This document shows positions 27,645-37,064 of a stretch of 64,000 bases of DNA, one piece after another. The notes under the pieces are model-generated. The model was not told the origin of the DNA and ran no database searches. It saw nothing but the letters and a program-made list of their open reading frames with translations. Position numbers and translations under genes: made by a program. Positions within the stretch are counted from its first letter, which is position 1, and each line of letters opens with the position of its first letter. Where the stretch lies: IMG/VR virus record IMGVR_UViG_3300021399_000122, positions 1 to 64,000 of that record. The stretch is one strand, 5' to 3'. The stretch comes from a virus. Taxonomy: Duplodnaviria > Caudoviricetes.

Positions 27645-30449
27645 ATGAAAGTAACTACACGCGAAATTAAGTTTCGCGACCCTAACGGGCGGATGGTGAG
27701 CTCGCTCGTTATTGGCAATGGATCACTCCATGACGAAGTCGCCGATTATCTCGATAATTCGACGGCGATCGAAGATGCAGTAGCAAGTGCTACCGGAGAA
27801 TGGCTCACCGAAAATATTACACAGCCCACTACACCTGTGGTAGACGCCTCCCTCTCAGTCAGCGGAGCAGCAGCTGATTCCAAAAAAGTCGGAGATGAAA
27901 TCTCCGACTTAAAGCACGATATAGATTCTATGGGCGGAGGCGGTCAGCCAGTGCCAGTCACTCTTGCTTCTGAAATGAGTGATACTGAAGCTATCTATCT
28001 GTATCTCGGCGAAGAAACAGGATACACATACGGTCATGTCTATGCTTATATTGACGAGGAATGGAAAGATACAGGGCTGTACGGCAGAGGACAGAACGGT
28101 TCAGACGGTGCTGATGGCTTTTCTCCGACAGTTTCAATAACAAGCACAGCAACTGGAGCGACAATCTCTGTTACCGACAAAAATGGCACAACAACAGCAA
28201 GCGTATCGAACGGAACAGCAACACAGGCACAGGTTGACGCTTGGCTTGATGCACATCCCGAAGCAACCACAACGGTTGGGGACGGAGCAATTACAAAGGT
28301 AAAACTTGACAGTGATTTGCAGAATGATGTTGATATTGTAAATCTCATTCAGAACGGTTTTACCATTAAGAAGAAGGTTATCGGCAAGGGCGAAATTTTA
28401 CCGATTGAGTTTGATGTGAAATACTTCCCATATACAAATTCAAACGGCTACGAATACATGCGCTTTCTTAATGAGAGCAAAGAAATAATTAAAGTTGCAG
28501 AGGGTGCTTCGTTATCTGCCCCATTTAAAGCGCCACAATATCCGTACAATTCTGATGCAAACTATGCGTTAGCGTACTCAACAAGCGGTTCAAACCTCGC
28601 TTATTATCGTAGTTTTTCTGTAACAGATAACATTGTGACTTGTTATAAAAATGACGGGACACAAGTCAGTACTCTTGAACTCGCCAGTACTCCTGTTTAC
28701 ATTCAGCTTGGTATAGCAAAACTTAGCGGTTCACCGACATTTCTTTGGACTGTTGGAGAAAAGTATTCATATGGAACGCTTTCCGAAGATAGTGTTACGG
28801 TTATCCCTAATGACGAAAATCTCGATGGTTTTTATGATGCGCTTAGAAATGCCGATGTTGTAAGTAATGGTTCCATTACAAAAGCAAAATTTGACTCCGA
28901 ACTTATCACCGATATTTACGGAAGTGCTAAATATAGATTTGACTACGTGAACGTGCAGGAGTCCGATAATGTAGATATTAATTTTTCGGATTATCTTTAT
29001 AAAAACGGACTATATGTTGAAGGTGAAAAATTTGATTTATCAACTGGAGAACCTGTAGTTGATGCTACGCAAAATCGGTCAACCTTAATTCCTGTTATTC
29101 CTTTAACCCAAATTAAAGTAGGTCAGTTAAAAACACTGGTTGTATTTGATTTGGCTTTGAATGTTATTGATTCAGTAACAACAGCGTATGCAAAAGTTGA
29201 TTATACTATTCCGGAAAATGCCGCATATATAGGGATGTATGGACAAAGTGCTAATTTCCCAAGAACAACGACTTCAGTTCATTCAACAGCTGTGAATAAA
29301 CTTGTAAAAGTTGCTAACAAAAAAGCGGACGATCTCCATGTTAATTGGGAAAATGTTGATAACAAAGACTTTTACTCAGAGCTTACGCAAGGAGAAATGT
29401 CAAGGCTCTTGTCATTTAAGTCAATCAAGACAGTCAACCAAATGCGTCATGCTTTCAGAGTTGCATCATTCAATACATATATTGGCAATAGAAATAAGTG
29501 GGTAGAATTAAAAGAGTTCCTTCAGTCTTATGGGATCGACATTATTGGTTTCCAAGAGGTTCACACTCCTCTGAGCGAAAACTCATCGGGGTTGACGTTC
29601 GAACAAGCACTGACTAGTTGGCATTTATCGCAGTTTGCCATCATCGAAACAGAAGACGTTCCGACAAATTGTCGCCCAGTTGCGGCTACATCTGAGTTTG
29701 AAGTTGTGAGCATCGAAGAAACAAAGTATACTCAGCAAGGCGGTTGGGGAAATCGTCACTTCACAAAAACGCAGTTGAAGCTACCACGTTGGAAAGATAA
29801 GAAGGCTTCGGAAAACTTCATGGTTTCTGTATATAACACACAGCTTGAACCGGGTGTAACGGATAATTTATTATCAATAAGATTATCGCAAGTTAATCAG
29901 CTCCTTGCTGAAGTGGCAAGAGACACGAATCCGTTCGTTATCATCTTAGGAGACTTTAATGAGATGGCAACTGACCTCAGTACGATACAAACTATTATAA
30001 ATGCCGGATATACTCCTCAGTTGACCGATACTTCTACACCTACAGCAGGAAGAGGTTTCTATGATTTCATTTTCGTTAATGATCGAATTGAAATTGTTGG
30101 GGATGATGTAATTCCATATGATCTGCACAATAATATATCTGACCACGACCTTGTATTCGCTGATGTCGTATTCGATTATTCAAATCTTATTTCTGTTAAA
30201 ACTTCCTTGCCAAACTGCACACTAAGCGGTGGAACATACTGGTTAGATAGAAGACAGACTGAGCCAGTTGTTTACACTGTGACTGCTGATAGTGGTTATA
30301 CGATCTCTGCCATATCAAGCGGACAGGGCGACAATGATCTAATTTACGAAAACGACGCAGTGGTTATAGACGGTAATACTGTAACTATTACTCCAAATCT
30401 TGTTGTCGGAGATGTGTGGATTAACGTAACTACAACTGCAAATGAATAA
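27645..30449 (+). CDS. Modular virion-associated protein: fibre-type anchor modules plus an endonuclease/exonuclease/phosphatase (EEP) domain
   Basis: DASLSVSGAAAD and WLDAHPEA anchors; EEP motifs SFNT, FQEV, LGDFN, YDFIF, SDH. Confidence 0.75.
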   Translation: MKVTTREIKFRDPNGRMVSSLVIGNGSLHDEVADYLDNSTAIEDAVASATGEWLTENITQPTTPVVDASLSVSGAAADSKKVGDEISDLKHDIDSMGGGGQPVPVTLASEMSDTEAIYLYLGEETGYTYGHVYAYIDEEWKDTGLYGRGQNGSDGADGFSPTVSITSTATGATISVTDKNGTTTASVSNGTATQAQVDAWLDAHPEATTTVGDGAITKVKLDSDLQNDVDIVNLIQNGFTIKKKVIGKGEILPIEFDVKYFPYTNSNGYEYMRFLNESKEIIKVAEGASLSAPFKAPQYPYNSDANYALAYSTSGSNLAYYRSFSVTDNIVTCYKNDGTQVSTLELASTPVYIQLGIAKLSGSPTFLWTVGEKYSYGTLSEDSVTVIPNDENLDGFYDALRNADVVSNGSITKAKFDSELITDIYGSAKYRFDYVNVQESDNVDINFSDYLYKNGLYVEGEKFDLSTGEPVVDATQNRSTLIPVIPLTQIKVGQLKTLVVFDLALNVIDSVTTAYAKVDYTIPENAAYIGMYGQSANFPRTTTSVHSTAVNKLVKVANKKADDLHVNWENVDNKDFYSELTQGEMSRLLSFKSIKTVNQMRHAFRVASFNTYIGNRNKWVELKEFLQSYGIDIIGFQEVHTPLSENSSGLTFEQALTSWHLSQFAIIETEDVPTNCRPVAATSEFEVVSIEETKYTQQGGWGNRHFTKTQLKLPRWKDKKASENFMVSVYNTQLEPGVTDNLLSIRLSQVNQLLAEVARDTNPFVIILGDFNEMATDLSTIQTIINAGYTPQLTDTSTPTAGRGFYDFIFVNDRIEIVGDDVIPYDLHNNISDHDLVFADVVFDYSNLISVKTSLPNCTLSGGTYWLDRRQTEPVVYTVTADSGYTISAISSGQGDNDLIYENDAVVIDGNTVTITPNLVVGDVWINVTTTANE

Positions 30450-30459
30450 GAGGTGACAC

Positions 30460-30519
30460 ATGTCAGATATTAAACCTATCACAAGAGAGGAAGTCCTTAT
30501 GAACTGGTGGGCAGAGTGA
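30460..30519 (+). pseudogene. Remnant of the 5' end of a paralog of the 33289 gene
   Basis: GAGGTGACACATGTCAGATATT...ATCACAAGAGAGGAAGTCCTT is near-identical to 33279-33327; it stops after about 19 codons. Confidence 0.75.
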
Positions 30520-30619
30520 TCAACTGCTGATGCCAGTGTTCTGTATTTATGCTATATTTTGGAGCTTTTAACGCTGACGGACGCCAACAATGTCAATAAA
30601 TAAGCAGCGGCTGTAAATC

Positions 30620-30810
30620 GGCCTCGTAAGAGTGCTGTGCGGTATGCGGAGTACCGCGAGCACGGGATGTATATATGCTCCGCAGTTTGAATTTTATTCG
30701 GGAAATTACGATCGGTTTTAGTAAGCATCGATGGCACGGACGATAATTGACGAGGCCTATATGATCGTAAATGGCGCACAGGTCTAACAGCTAGGCCTAG
30801 CGCCATTTTT
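30620..30810 (+). ncRNA. Candidate structured ncRNA with pseudoknots and a terminal terminator hairpin
   Basis: Several 6-9 bp helices including a loop-downstream pairing (see findings); family not recognised. Confidence 0.5.
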
Positions 30811-30856
30811 ATGCTTACGCGCATAAATCCTGGTGATAGTAAGGAGGGAAAACTTT

Positions 30857-32206
30857 ATGGCAGAAGTGTCCCAAATCAGAGTAAGAGGCACTTTATATGA
30901 TATTAAGGATGCGGTCGCCAGACTTTCGACTGGCGCCCCTGCTACAGCCGCAACTGTCGCAGCAATGACCGACACATCCAAGATTTACGTCTATACCGGT
31001 TCCGAGAGCGGATATACTAAAGGCAACTGGTATTATAACAATGGCTCCTCGTGGGTCAGTGGCGGCGTGTATAACAGCGCCGCAGTCGAAACAGATACAA
31101 GCCTGTCCGTTAGCGGTGCCCCAGCGGACGCAAAGGTTGCTGGCGACGCAATCAATAATATTGTTTACGTCGGTACAGCGGCATCAGATAGTCATACGCA
31201 GGTTCTTGTCTCTCCTAACAGTCAGGAGATTGAACTTGTTACACATGCAGAATTCGACTCGGAGATCTCTGATTTACAAAGCCTTATACGCGGCGGAGGA
31301 ATGAGTGCAGAGTTTAAAGTTGCACTGGAAACGCTTCTTTCAAACGTGGTATATAAAGGCAACGATCCGACAGGTAGAACATATTTGACAGCTTTACACA
31401 ACGCTATGTATCCACCTGCAAATTTGTCAAGAATCACAGCCGTTTATACACAGAGTGGCAATGTTTATGTTACAGATTCACTTGATGTTCTGAAGGCTGA
31501 TCTTGTGGTCACTGCTTTTTATGACAATGGCACTAGCGAAATCATTAGCACTTATGTGTTAAGTGGAACGCTGATAGAAGGAATAACCACAATAACAGTA
31601 ACTTATGGCGGTAAATCAACAACATTCAACGTAACAGTTACCGATCCAACTGCATTACCATCTGAATATCAGAAAGTTGAATGGATTGGTGTTGAAAATT
31701 CAACTACTACTCCAACAGCTTACTTGACCGATGAAGGAGCCATTGGTGAAAATTCAACATTACATGCAGAGTTTAAGCCGTTTAGCTTGGTCGGACAGTA
31801 TGATTCACCTCTTGGCTCTTACCCTTCTGACCTCGAAAACGGACGGGTCTCATTTGAAATTTATTACAACAATTCACTGAACGAGATAAAGTTGGACTCT
31901 CCCCCTTCGACTAAAGTAACGAAACCAACTTTAGATAGTTATGTAATTGGTGACTCTTGGGATAGCATCGACATGTCATTTGTGTCGGGATCAAATCTAC
32001 ATATATTAGTTTACCGCACCAATACGTATGCGTTTAACGGGAAGTTTAAATCATTAACTATCACAGATTCAAACGGAGGTTTGACACACAATTACATTCC
32101 GTGCTACAGAAAGTCCGATTTAGAAATTGGAATGTACGATGTAATAGCGGGTAAATTCCTTACAAACGCAGGAACTGGAAGTCTTGTTAAGGGCAATAAC
32201 GTATGA
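30857..32206 (+). CDS. Modular virion-associated protein: anchors, Ig-like domain and C-terminal beta-sandwich
   Basis: YDIKD and DTSLSVSGAPAD anchors; Ig-like segment LVVTAFYDNG...TVTYGGKSTTFNVTV. Confidence 0.7.
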   Translation: MAEVSQIRVRGTLYDIKDAVARLSTGAPATAATVAAMTDTSKIYVYTGSESGYTKGNWYYNNGSSWVSGGVYNSAAVETDTSLSVSGAPADAKVAGDAINNIVYVGTAASDSHTQVLVSPNSQEIELVTHAEFDSEISDLQSLIRGGGMSAEFKVALETLLSNVVYKGNDPTGRTYLTALHNAMYPPANLSRITAVYTQSGNVYVTDSLDVLKADLVVTAFYDNGTSEIISTYVLSGTLIEGITTITVTYGGKSTTFNVTVTDPTALPSEYQKVEWIGVENSTTTPTAYLTDEGAIGENSTLHAEFKPFSLVGQYDSPLGSYPSDLENGRVSFEIYYNNSLNEIKLDSPPSTKVTKPTLDSYVIGDSWDSIDMSFVSGSNLHILVYRTNTYAFNGKFKSLTITDSNGGLTHNYIPCYRKSDLEIGMYDVIAGKFLTNAGTGSLVKGNNV

Positions 32207-33255
32207 TTTACGATATTGATGGAGTCAAGATTAATCATGCATATGATCTTGATGGAACAGATTTAGCCGAAGCATTCGATATTGATGGTAATTCAATATT
32301 CAGAAGGGGCAAAGCCACAGGCTATTCAATCGAAAATGTTCAGTCCTACTATCAGCCGAGAACGTTAGAGGTAACCGAACAGATAAATGCACTAAGCGAT
32401 GATTGGCAATCATTTATATTTGTCACCGATCCGCATTATCCATCAAATGAAATGCATTCACAGTCAATTGCGCTATATCTGTTAAGCAACTCATCTGCAT
32501 CAATGATTGTTCTTGGAGGCGATTATTGTGAAGGCTCATACAACTCTTCACGGTATAAAACATGGACTGCTGAATTTAGGGAAAGCGAAAATAAACACTA
32601 TATTCATGCACTGTTTGGGAATCACGAACGCTTTGGCGGAGATCAATCAATGCCAACAGCGTTGAACGATATTTATAGTGATTTTCTTTCTGATAAAGTT
32701 GATGATTTGGTTGGCAATCTTGAACAAGACTACTATTATTTTGACGATTCAGTCCGCAAAATAAGATACATGTTTATAAATACATCAGATGGAACGGATG
32801 CATCGACAACGGCAGAGAACGCAACTACCATTTCCGCAACACAGCTTGCTTGGGTTAGAGAGGTTGTGCAGTTGCCAGATTCAACATGGTCGCTTATCGT
32901 ATTGGCACATGTCAACATGATGTACGGAACTGGTTTGTTAAAAAATAAAGCGGATTTGATAGCCGTCATCGAAACCTGCAATGGCTCCATCGTTGGCTAT
33001 ATCTGCGGTCATCAGCACGCTGATAAAATATCGAAAATATCAGATGGCTTTTATGAATTAACACTTTTGTGTGATAGATTTTCTGAAACATATCCCGAAT
33101 CAGAAACAGAGGGAGGACATAGAGAGGCGGGAACGTATACCGAGCAGGCGGTTTCCGTTGTTTCATTTAATACGATAACCAAACAGGTAGTCATGAGAAG
33201 AATCGGTGCAGGTAACGATCAAGTGTTAAGTTATTCGTATGCGGTTGAAAGTTAA
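32203..33255 (+). CDS. Calcineurin-like metallophosphoesterase
   Basis: Motifs TDPH, GGD, GNHE, AH, GHQH. Confidence 0.85.
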   Translation: MIYDIDGVKINHAYDLDGTDLAEAFDIDGNSIFRRGKATGYSIENVQSYYQPRTLEVTEQINALSDDWQSFIFVTDPHYPSNEMHSQSIALYLLSNSSASMIVLGGDYCEGSYNSSRYKTWTAEFRESENKHYIHALFGNHERFGGDQSMPTALNDIYSDFLSDKVDDLVGNLEQDYYYFDDSVRKIRYMFINTSDGTDASTTAENATTISATQLAWVREVVQLPDSTWSLIVLAHVNMMYGTGLLKNKADLIAVIETCNGSIVGYICGHQHADKISKISDGFYELTLLCDRFSETYPESETEGGHREAGTYTEQAVSVVSFNTITKQVVMRRIGAGNDQVLSYSYAVES

Positions 33256-33288
33256 AGGAAACATTAAATCAAAGACAGGAGGTGACAT

Positions 33289-34482
33289 ATGTCAGATATT
33301 GAACAAATCACAAGAGAGGAAGTCCTTCTGAACTCCATTGCAGAAGGAACTGGCTCAGAAATTAAACCGATCACACGGAAAGAAATGTACCTCTCGGCTA
33401 TCGCAGGAGAAACCGAACTCCCTGCCGATATGAAGCCGATCACTAGAGAAGAAATCTTTCTTCAGAAAGTACTGGATAACGGAACTGGTGGAGGCGGTGG
33501 CATCACACCGACAGGAACGATTGATATTACGTCGAATGGCGACCATGATGTAACCGATTATGCTACTGCTCACGTCGCTGTTCCTCAGCCGAGTGGAAGT
33601 GTGAACATTACTCAGAACGGAACACACGATGTTACTGATTTCGCTTCAGCAGAGGTGAGCGTCCCTAATTCCTATACATCCTCAGATGAAGGCAAGGTAG
33701 TTTCAAGCGGAGCATTAGTCAGCCAGTCAAGTCAGACAGTTACCGAAAACGGAACATATGACACAACATTGAAGAATGAGGTTGTTGTTAATGTAAGCGG
33801 AAGCGGTGGCGGCTCAGATGTTCTCAAAGCGATTGTTGAGAGAACTGCTGCTGACATAACATTGCCGAACGGTTTGACAAAAATAGGAAATTACGTATTC
33901 TACGGTTATGCAATTTTACGATCTATAGTATTGCCAAGCAGTTTAACAAGCATTGGACAATATGCATTCAACAATTGCACAGGCTTAACATCTATAACAT
34001 TGCCGAACGGTTTAACAAAAATTGAAACAAGTACATTCCGAGACTGCATAAGCTTGGCATCTATAACAATACCAAGTGGAGTTACAAGCATTGGAACATA
34101 TGCATTCAACAATTGTTCAGGCTTAACATCTATAACATTGCCGAACGGTTTAACAAGTATTGGAAACGACGCATTCAGCAATTGCTCGAGCTTGGCATCT
34201 ATAATAATACCAAGTGGAGTTACAAGCATTGGACAATATACATTCAACGGTTGTAGGAACTTAACGACTTTGGTATTACGCAGAAGTGATGCTGTTTGCG
34301 CTCTTAGTAATAAAAACGCATTAATAAGTACCCCTATTAGAGGTTATAACGGCTTAACAGGCAAAGTTTATGTTCCTTCTGCTTTGATAGAAAGCTATAA
34401 GACGGCTACCAACTGGTCAACAATTTACAATGAAGGACATATGGAATTTGTTGCGATTGAAGGAAGTGAATACGATGATTAA
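33289..34482 (+). CDS. BspA-like leucine-rich repeat protein with PITR N-terminal repeats
   Basis: 23-aa repeats (LTSITLPNGLTSIGxxAFxNC), visible as DNA repeats around 33855-34250. Confidence 0.85.
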   Translation: MSDIEQITREEVLLNSIAEGTGSEIKPITRKEMYLSAIAGETELPADMKPITREEIFLQKVLDNGTGGGGGITPTGTIDITSNGDHDVTDYATAHVAVPQPSGSVNITQNGTHDVTDFASAEVSVPNSYTSSDEGKVVSSGALVSQSSQTVTENGTYDTTLKNEVVVNVSGSGGGSDVLKAIVERTAADITLPNGLTKIGNYVFYGYAILRSIVLPSSLTSIGQYAFNNCTGLTSITLPNGLTKIETSTFRDCISLASITIPSGVTSIGTYAFNNCSGLTSITLPNGLTSIGNDAFSNCSSLASIIIPSGVTSIGQYTFNGCRNLTTLVLRRSDAVCALSNKNALISTPIRGYNGLTGKVYVPSALIESYKTATNWSTIYNEGHMEFVAIEGSEYDD

Positions 34483-34696
34483 AACAGAAAACTTAACGAT
34501 TGGCGGTAAGACCTTCATCCGTACATATTCTGATGCAGGCATGAAAATCCATGGTGGCAGTCCTGCTTCTGATTACGATGAAGCAGTTGATCCTGCTGAA
34601 CTCGGAAGAACCTACACAGAGACAAATATTCCGATCGAAACAGATGCAACCGAAGCAGAGGAAATTCTTTCCATCCTCACAGGAGAATCTGTATGA
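34475..34696 (+). CDS. Small hypothetical protein
   Basis: IRTYSDAG...YDEAVDP...RTYTET; overlaps the LRR gene stop. Confidence 0.65.
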   Translation: MIKTENLTIGGKTFIRTYSDAGMKIHGGSPASDYDEAVDPAELGRTYTETNIPIETDATEAEEILSILTGESV

Positions 34697-35088
34697 TTAC
34701 GATTGAGAAAGCAAGACAGCTTAGAAAGCTGATTGAAAAGGCATCTGCATCACTGGACGATGAACAGGCATTAAACGGTGTTGAACTGTTCCCTAAGTGG
34801 AGCGAATCAGCGAGCTATGCAGTTGGCGACAGAGTTCAGTACGAAGGCACACTGTATAAGTGCTTACAGGCTCATGATGCACAGGCTGATTGGAAGCCTT
34901 CTGAAGCCGTGTCTTTATGGGTTAGGGTTGACGATCCTTCCATTGAATACCCTGCTTGGATTCAGCCTGTAGGAGCACAGGATGCATATCCGAAGGGAGC
35001 AAAGGTCAGCCACCTTGAAAAGCACTGGATCAGCGATGTTGATGGTAACGTGTGGGAGCCGTCAGTTTACGGGTGGTCTGAAGTTTAA
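34693..35088 (+). CDS. CBM5/12 (chitin-binding-like) domain protein
   Basis: WSESASYAVGDRVQYEGTLYKCLQAH and a second AYPKGAKVSH...W repeat. Confidence 0.8.
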   Translation: MITIEKARQLRKLIEKASASLDDEQALNGVELFPKWSESASYAVGDRVQYEGTLYKCLQAHDAQADWKPSEAVSLWVRVDDPSIEYPAWIQPVGAQDAYPKGAKVSHLEKHWISDVDGNVWEPSVYGWSEV

Positions 35089-35114
35089 AGGAAACTTTAA
35101 ATCAGAGAATTACA

Positions 35115-35380
35115 GGGACGCTTCGCCTAGTCAAAGCCGTGATCCGTGGCTGAAGTAACGGATGGAGCGAAGCAAAGGCAGACTGTTGGGAGAAGGCTTG
35201 GTCTGCTATAATTAGCATTGTGTTGCAACTGATGTTAGATACGGCTTTCGGTCACGATTACTAACAGAGAAAGACAAAGGGCGTCTTTGAGACGTCAATG
35301 ACCGAATTTAAAATCTGAGGCCGGATGTGCGCACATCTGGGGCAACCTGCCGCCTGAAGATGCATAGTGCAGTCCTCAGA
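35115..35380 (+). ncRNA. Candidate structured ncRNA (multi-stem, one pseudoknot); strand uncertain
   Basis: At least eight helices in 270 nt of ORF-free sequence (see findings); family not recognised. Confidence 0.45.
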
Positions 35381-35409
35381 AACTTTAAATCACCAACCCA
35401 AAAGACTTT

Positions 35410-35432
35410 GGCCATCATATGATGGCCTTTTT
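35410..35432 (+). terminator. Intrinsic terminator
   Basis: GGCCATCA/TGATGGCC followed by TTTTT. Confidence 0.75.
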
Positions 35433-35511
35433 AATTGTAAACAAATTTGTAGAGCGAGCTTAATCAGCCCGCCCTTTTATTTATTTCTTAAATTTATGAA
35501 AGGAAGTAATT

Positions 35512-36000
35512 ATGGCAAATTTTAACAACCCCTATGTACCCGTACCCGGATGGCCGCAGTCTTCTGCGCTCGCCTACCCCGCTTCGGGTCAGCCCTACCA
35601 GCAGATGTCTTACACGCAGCCGTATCAGGCGCAGTACGCATCGCCTCAGATGTCACAGGCAAATTATGCCTACGCAAACTCTGTTAACAACAAGAATATT
35701 ATCTGGGTCGCCGGTCAGGCTGGCGCTGAAGCGTATCAGATGGAACCGGGCTCGCGGGCTGTTTTGCTCGACTCTAAAGATCAAGTTTTCTACATCAAAG
35801 TGGTTGGCCCGGACGGACGGCCCGAACCACTTATGGCATTTAAGTATGAACCTTTGAACCTGAACATGCAGAATGAGAGTTCACAGGCTTCGCAGGCAGT
35901 TGACACAAGCAACTTCGCCACGAAGGATGATCTGAACCAGATCATGGAATATGTCAAGAAGCTTTCTCAGGGACAGAAAGGATCTAAGACTAATGGCTAA
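35512..36000 (+). CDS. Gln/Pro/Tyr-rich conserved hypothetical protein
   Basis: IIWVAGQAGAEAY...LLDS...FYIK motif; RBS. Confidence 0.75.
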   Translation: MANFNNPYVPVPGWPQSSALAYPASGQPYQQMSYTQPYQAQYASPQMSQANYAYANSVNNKNIIWVAGQAGAEAYQMEPGSRAVLLDSKDQVFYIKVVGPDGRPEPLMAFKYEPLNLNMQNESSQASQAVDTSNFATKDDLNQIMEYVKKLSQGQKGSKTNG

Positions 36001-36223
36001 TCCTCTTTTCGATAAGTTAGGGGGATTGTCATACCCTCAAGTTAACTCGCATCTCGGCGCCTACAACGATTTACTTAATCGCGCCCAACAGATGGCACAA
36101 ACCTTACCTCCTACATTTAATCCACAATCAATTATTCAAAACATGTTAAACTCCCATCAGGTTTCGCAGGATCAGCTCAATCAAGCTATGAGCATTGCGA
36201 ATAAACTGACGGGCAGAGGGTAA
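35993..36223 (+). CDS. Small Gln-rich hypothetical protein
   Basis: MANPLF...NPQSIIQNMLNS...SQDQLNQA; overlaps the upstream stop. Confidence 0.65.
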   Translation: MANPLFDKLGGLSYPQVNSHLGAYNDLLNRAQQMAQTLPPTFNPQSIIQNMLNSHQVSQDQLNQAMSIANKLTGRG

Positions 36224-36270
36224 AAAAGAATTCTATTAAATTAACATAGAAGGAGGAAATTCTTTTTATT

Positions 36271-37050
36271 ATGTCTTTATCATATGACAATGCAAATGGC
36301 ATGGTTATGCCTGTTTCACCGATGCCTTATGGCGGTAACGGCGGTTTTGGTTTCGGCGGCGACGGAGCTTGGTGGCTCATCGTCCTGCTCCTCATCGGTT
36401 GGGGCGGCAACGGATTCGGTAACGGATTCGGCGGCGGAAGCGGTCAGGCTGAAGTCCAGCGTGGCTTCGATCAGTCTGCTGTTATGAACGGTATCTCAGG
36501 CGTAACATCTGCAATCACAAATCTTGGAACAGCGATGAATGCTGGTTTTGCTAACGCAGAGACAGCTGACAACGCTCGTCAGATTGCGAATATGCAGCAG
36601 GCCTTTGCGGCCCAGACAGCCATGACAAGTGGAATGAACACACTTGCCTCTCAGATTTCTAACTGCTGCTGCCAGTCACAGCTTCAGACAGCAAATCTGA
36701 ACTCGACAATTCTCGCAGAGAATTGTGCCGATCGTGCGGCACTTTCTGACGCACTCCGTGATGTTATCACAAGTCAGAACGCAGGCGTCCAGAGAATTCT
36801 CGACACTATGTGCCAGGATAAGATCGATGCTAAGAACGAGAAGATCGCAGACCTCCAGAACCAGCTGGCCATGGCTCAGCTCGCGGCTTCTCAGAACGCA
36901 CAGACAGCTTCTATCATTGCAAACAACGAAGCACAGACAGGTATTCTGGAACGTTATCTCGCTCCGTCACCCGTCCCCGCTTACATCGTTCAGAATCCTA
37001 ACGGATGCGGTAACTATTTCAACGGATACGGTTGCGGATGTAACGCCTAA
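36271..37050 (+). CDS. Gly-rich, single-TM, CCC-containing coiled-coil protein of unknown function
   Basis: WWLIVLLLIGWGG hydrophobic segment, NCCC, C-terminal GCGC; strong RBS. Confidence 0.8.
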   Translation: MSLSYDNANGMVMPVSPMPYGGNGGFGFGGDGAWWLIVLLLIGWGGNGFGNGFGGGSGQAEVQRGFDQSAVMNGISGVTSAITNLGTAMNAGFANAETADNARQIANMQQAFAAQTAMTSGMNTLASQISNCCCQSQLQTANLNSTILAENCADRAALSDALRDVITSQNAGVQRILDTMCQDKIDAKNEKIADLQNQLAMAQLAASQNAQTASIIANNEAQTGILERYLAPSPVPAYIVQNPNGCGNYFNGYGCGCNA

Positions 37051-37064
37051 CAGGAGGTGGCATA

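Noticed and set aside
35113-35145. c-di-GMP-I riboswitch (GGGACGC...AAAGCC)
   Set aside because: Spacing and the P2/P3 architecture do not fit.
35353-35385. Hammerhead ribozyme (CTGAAGA...GAAAC)
   Set aside because: Extra bases separate stem II from GAAA, and no convincing stems I and III were found.
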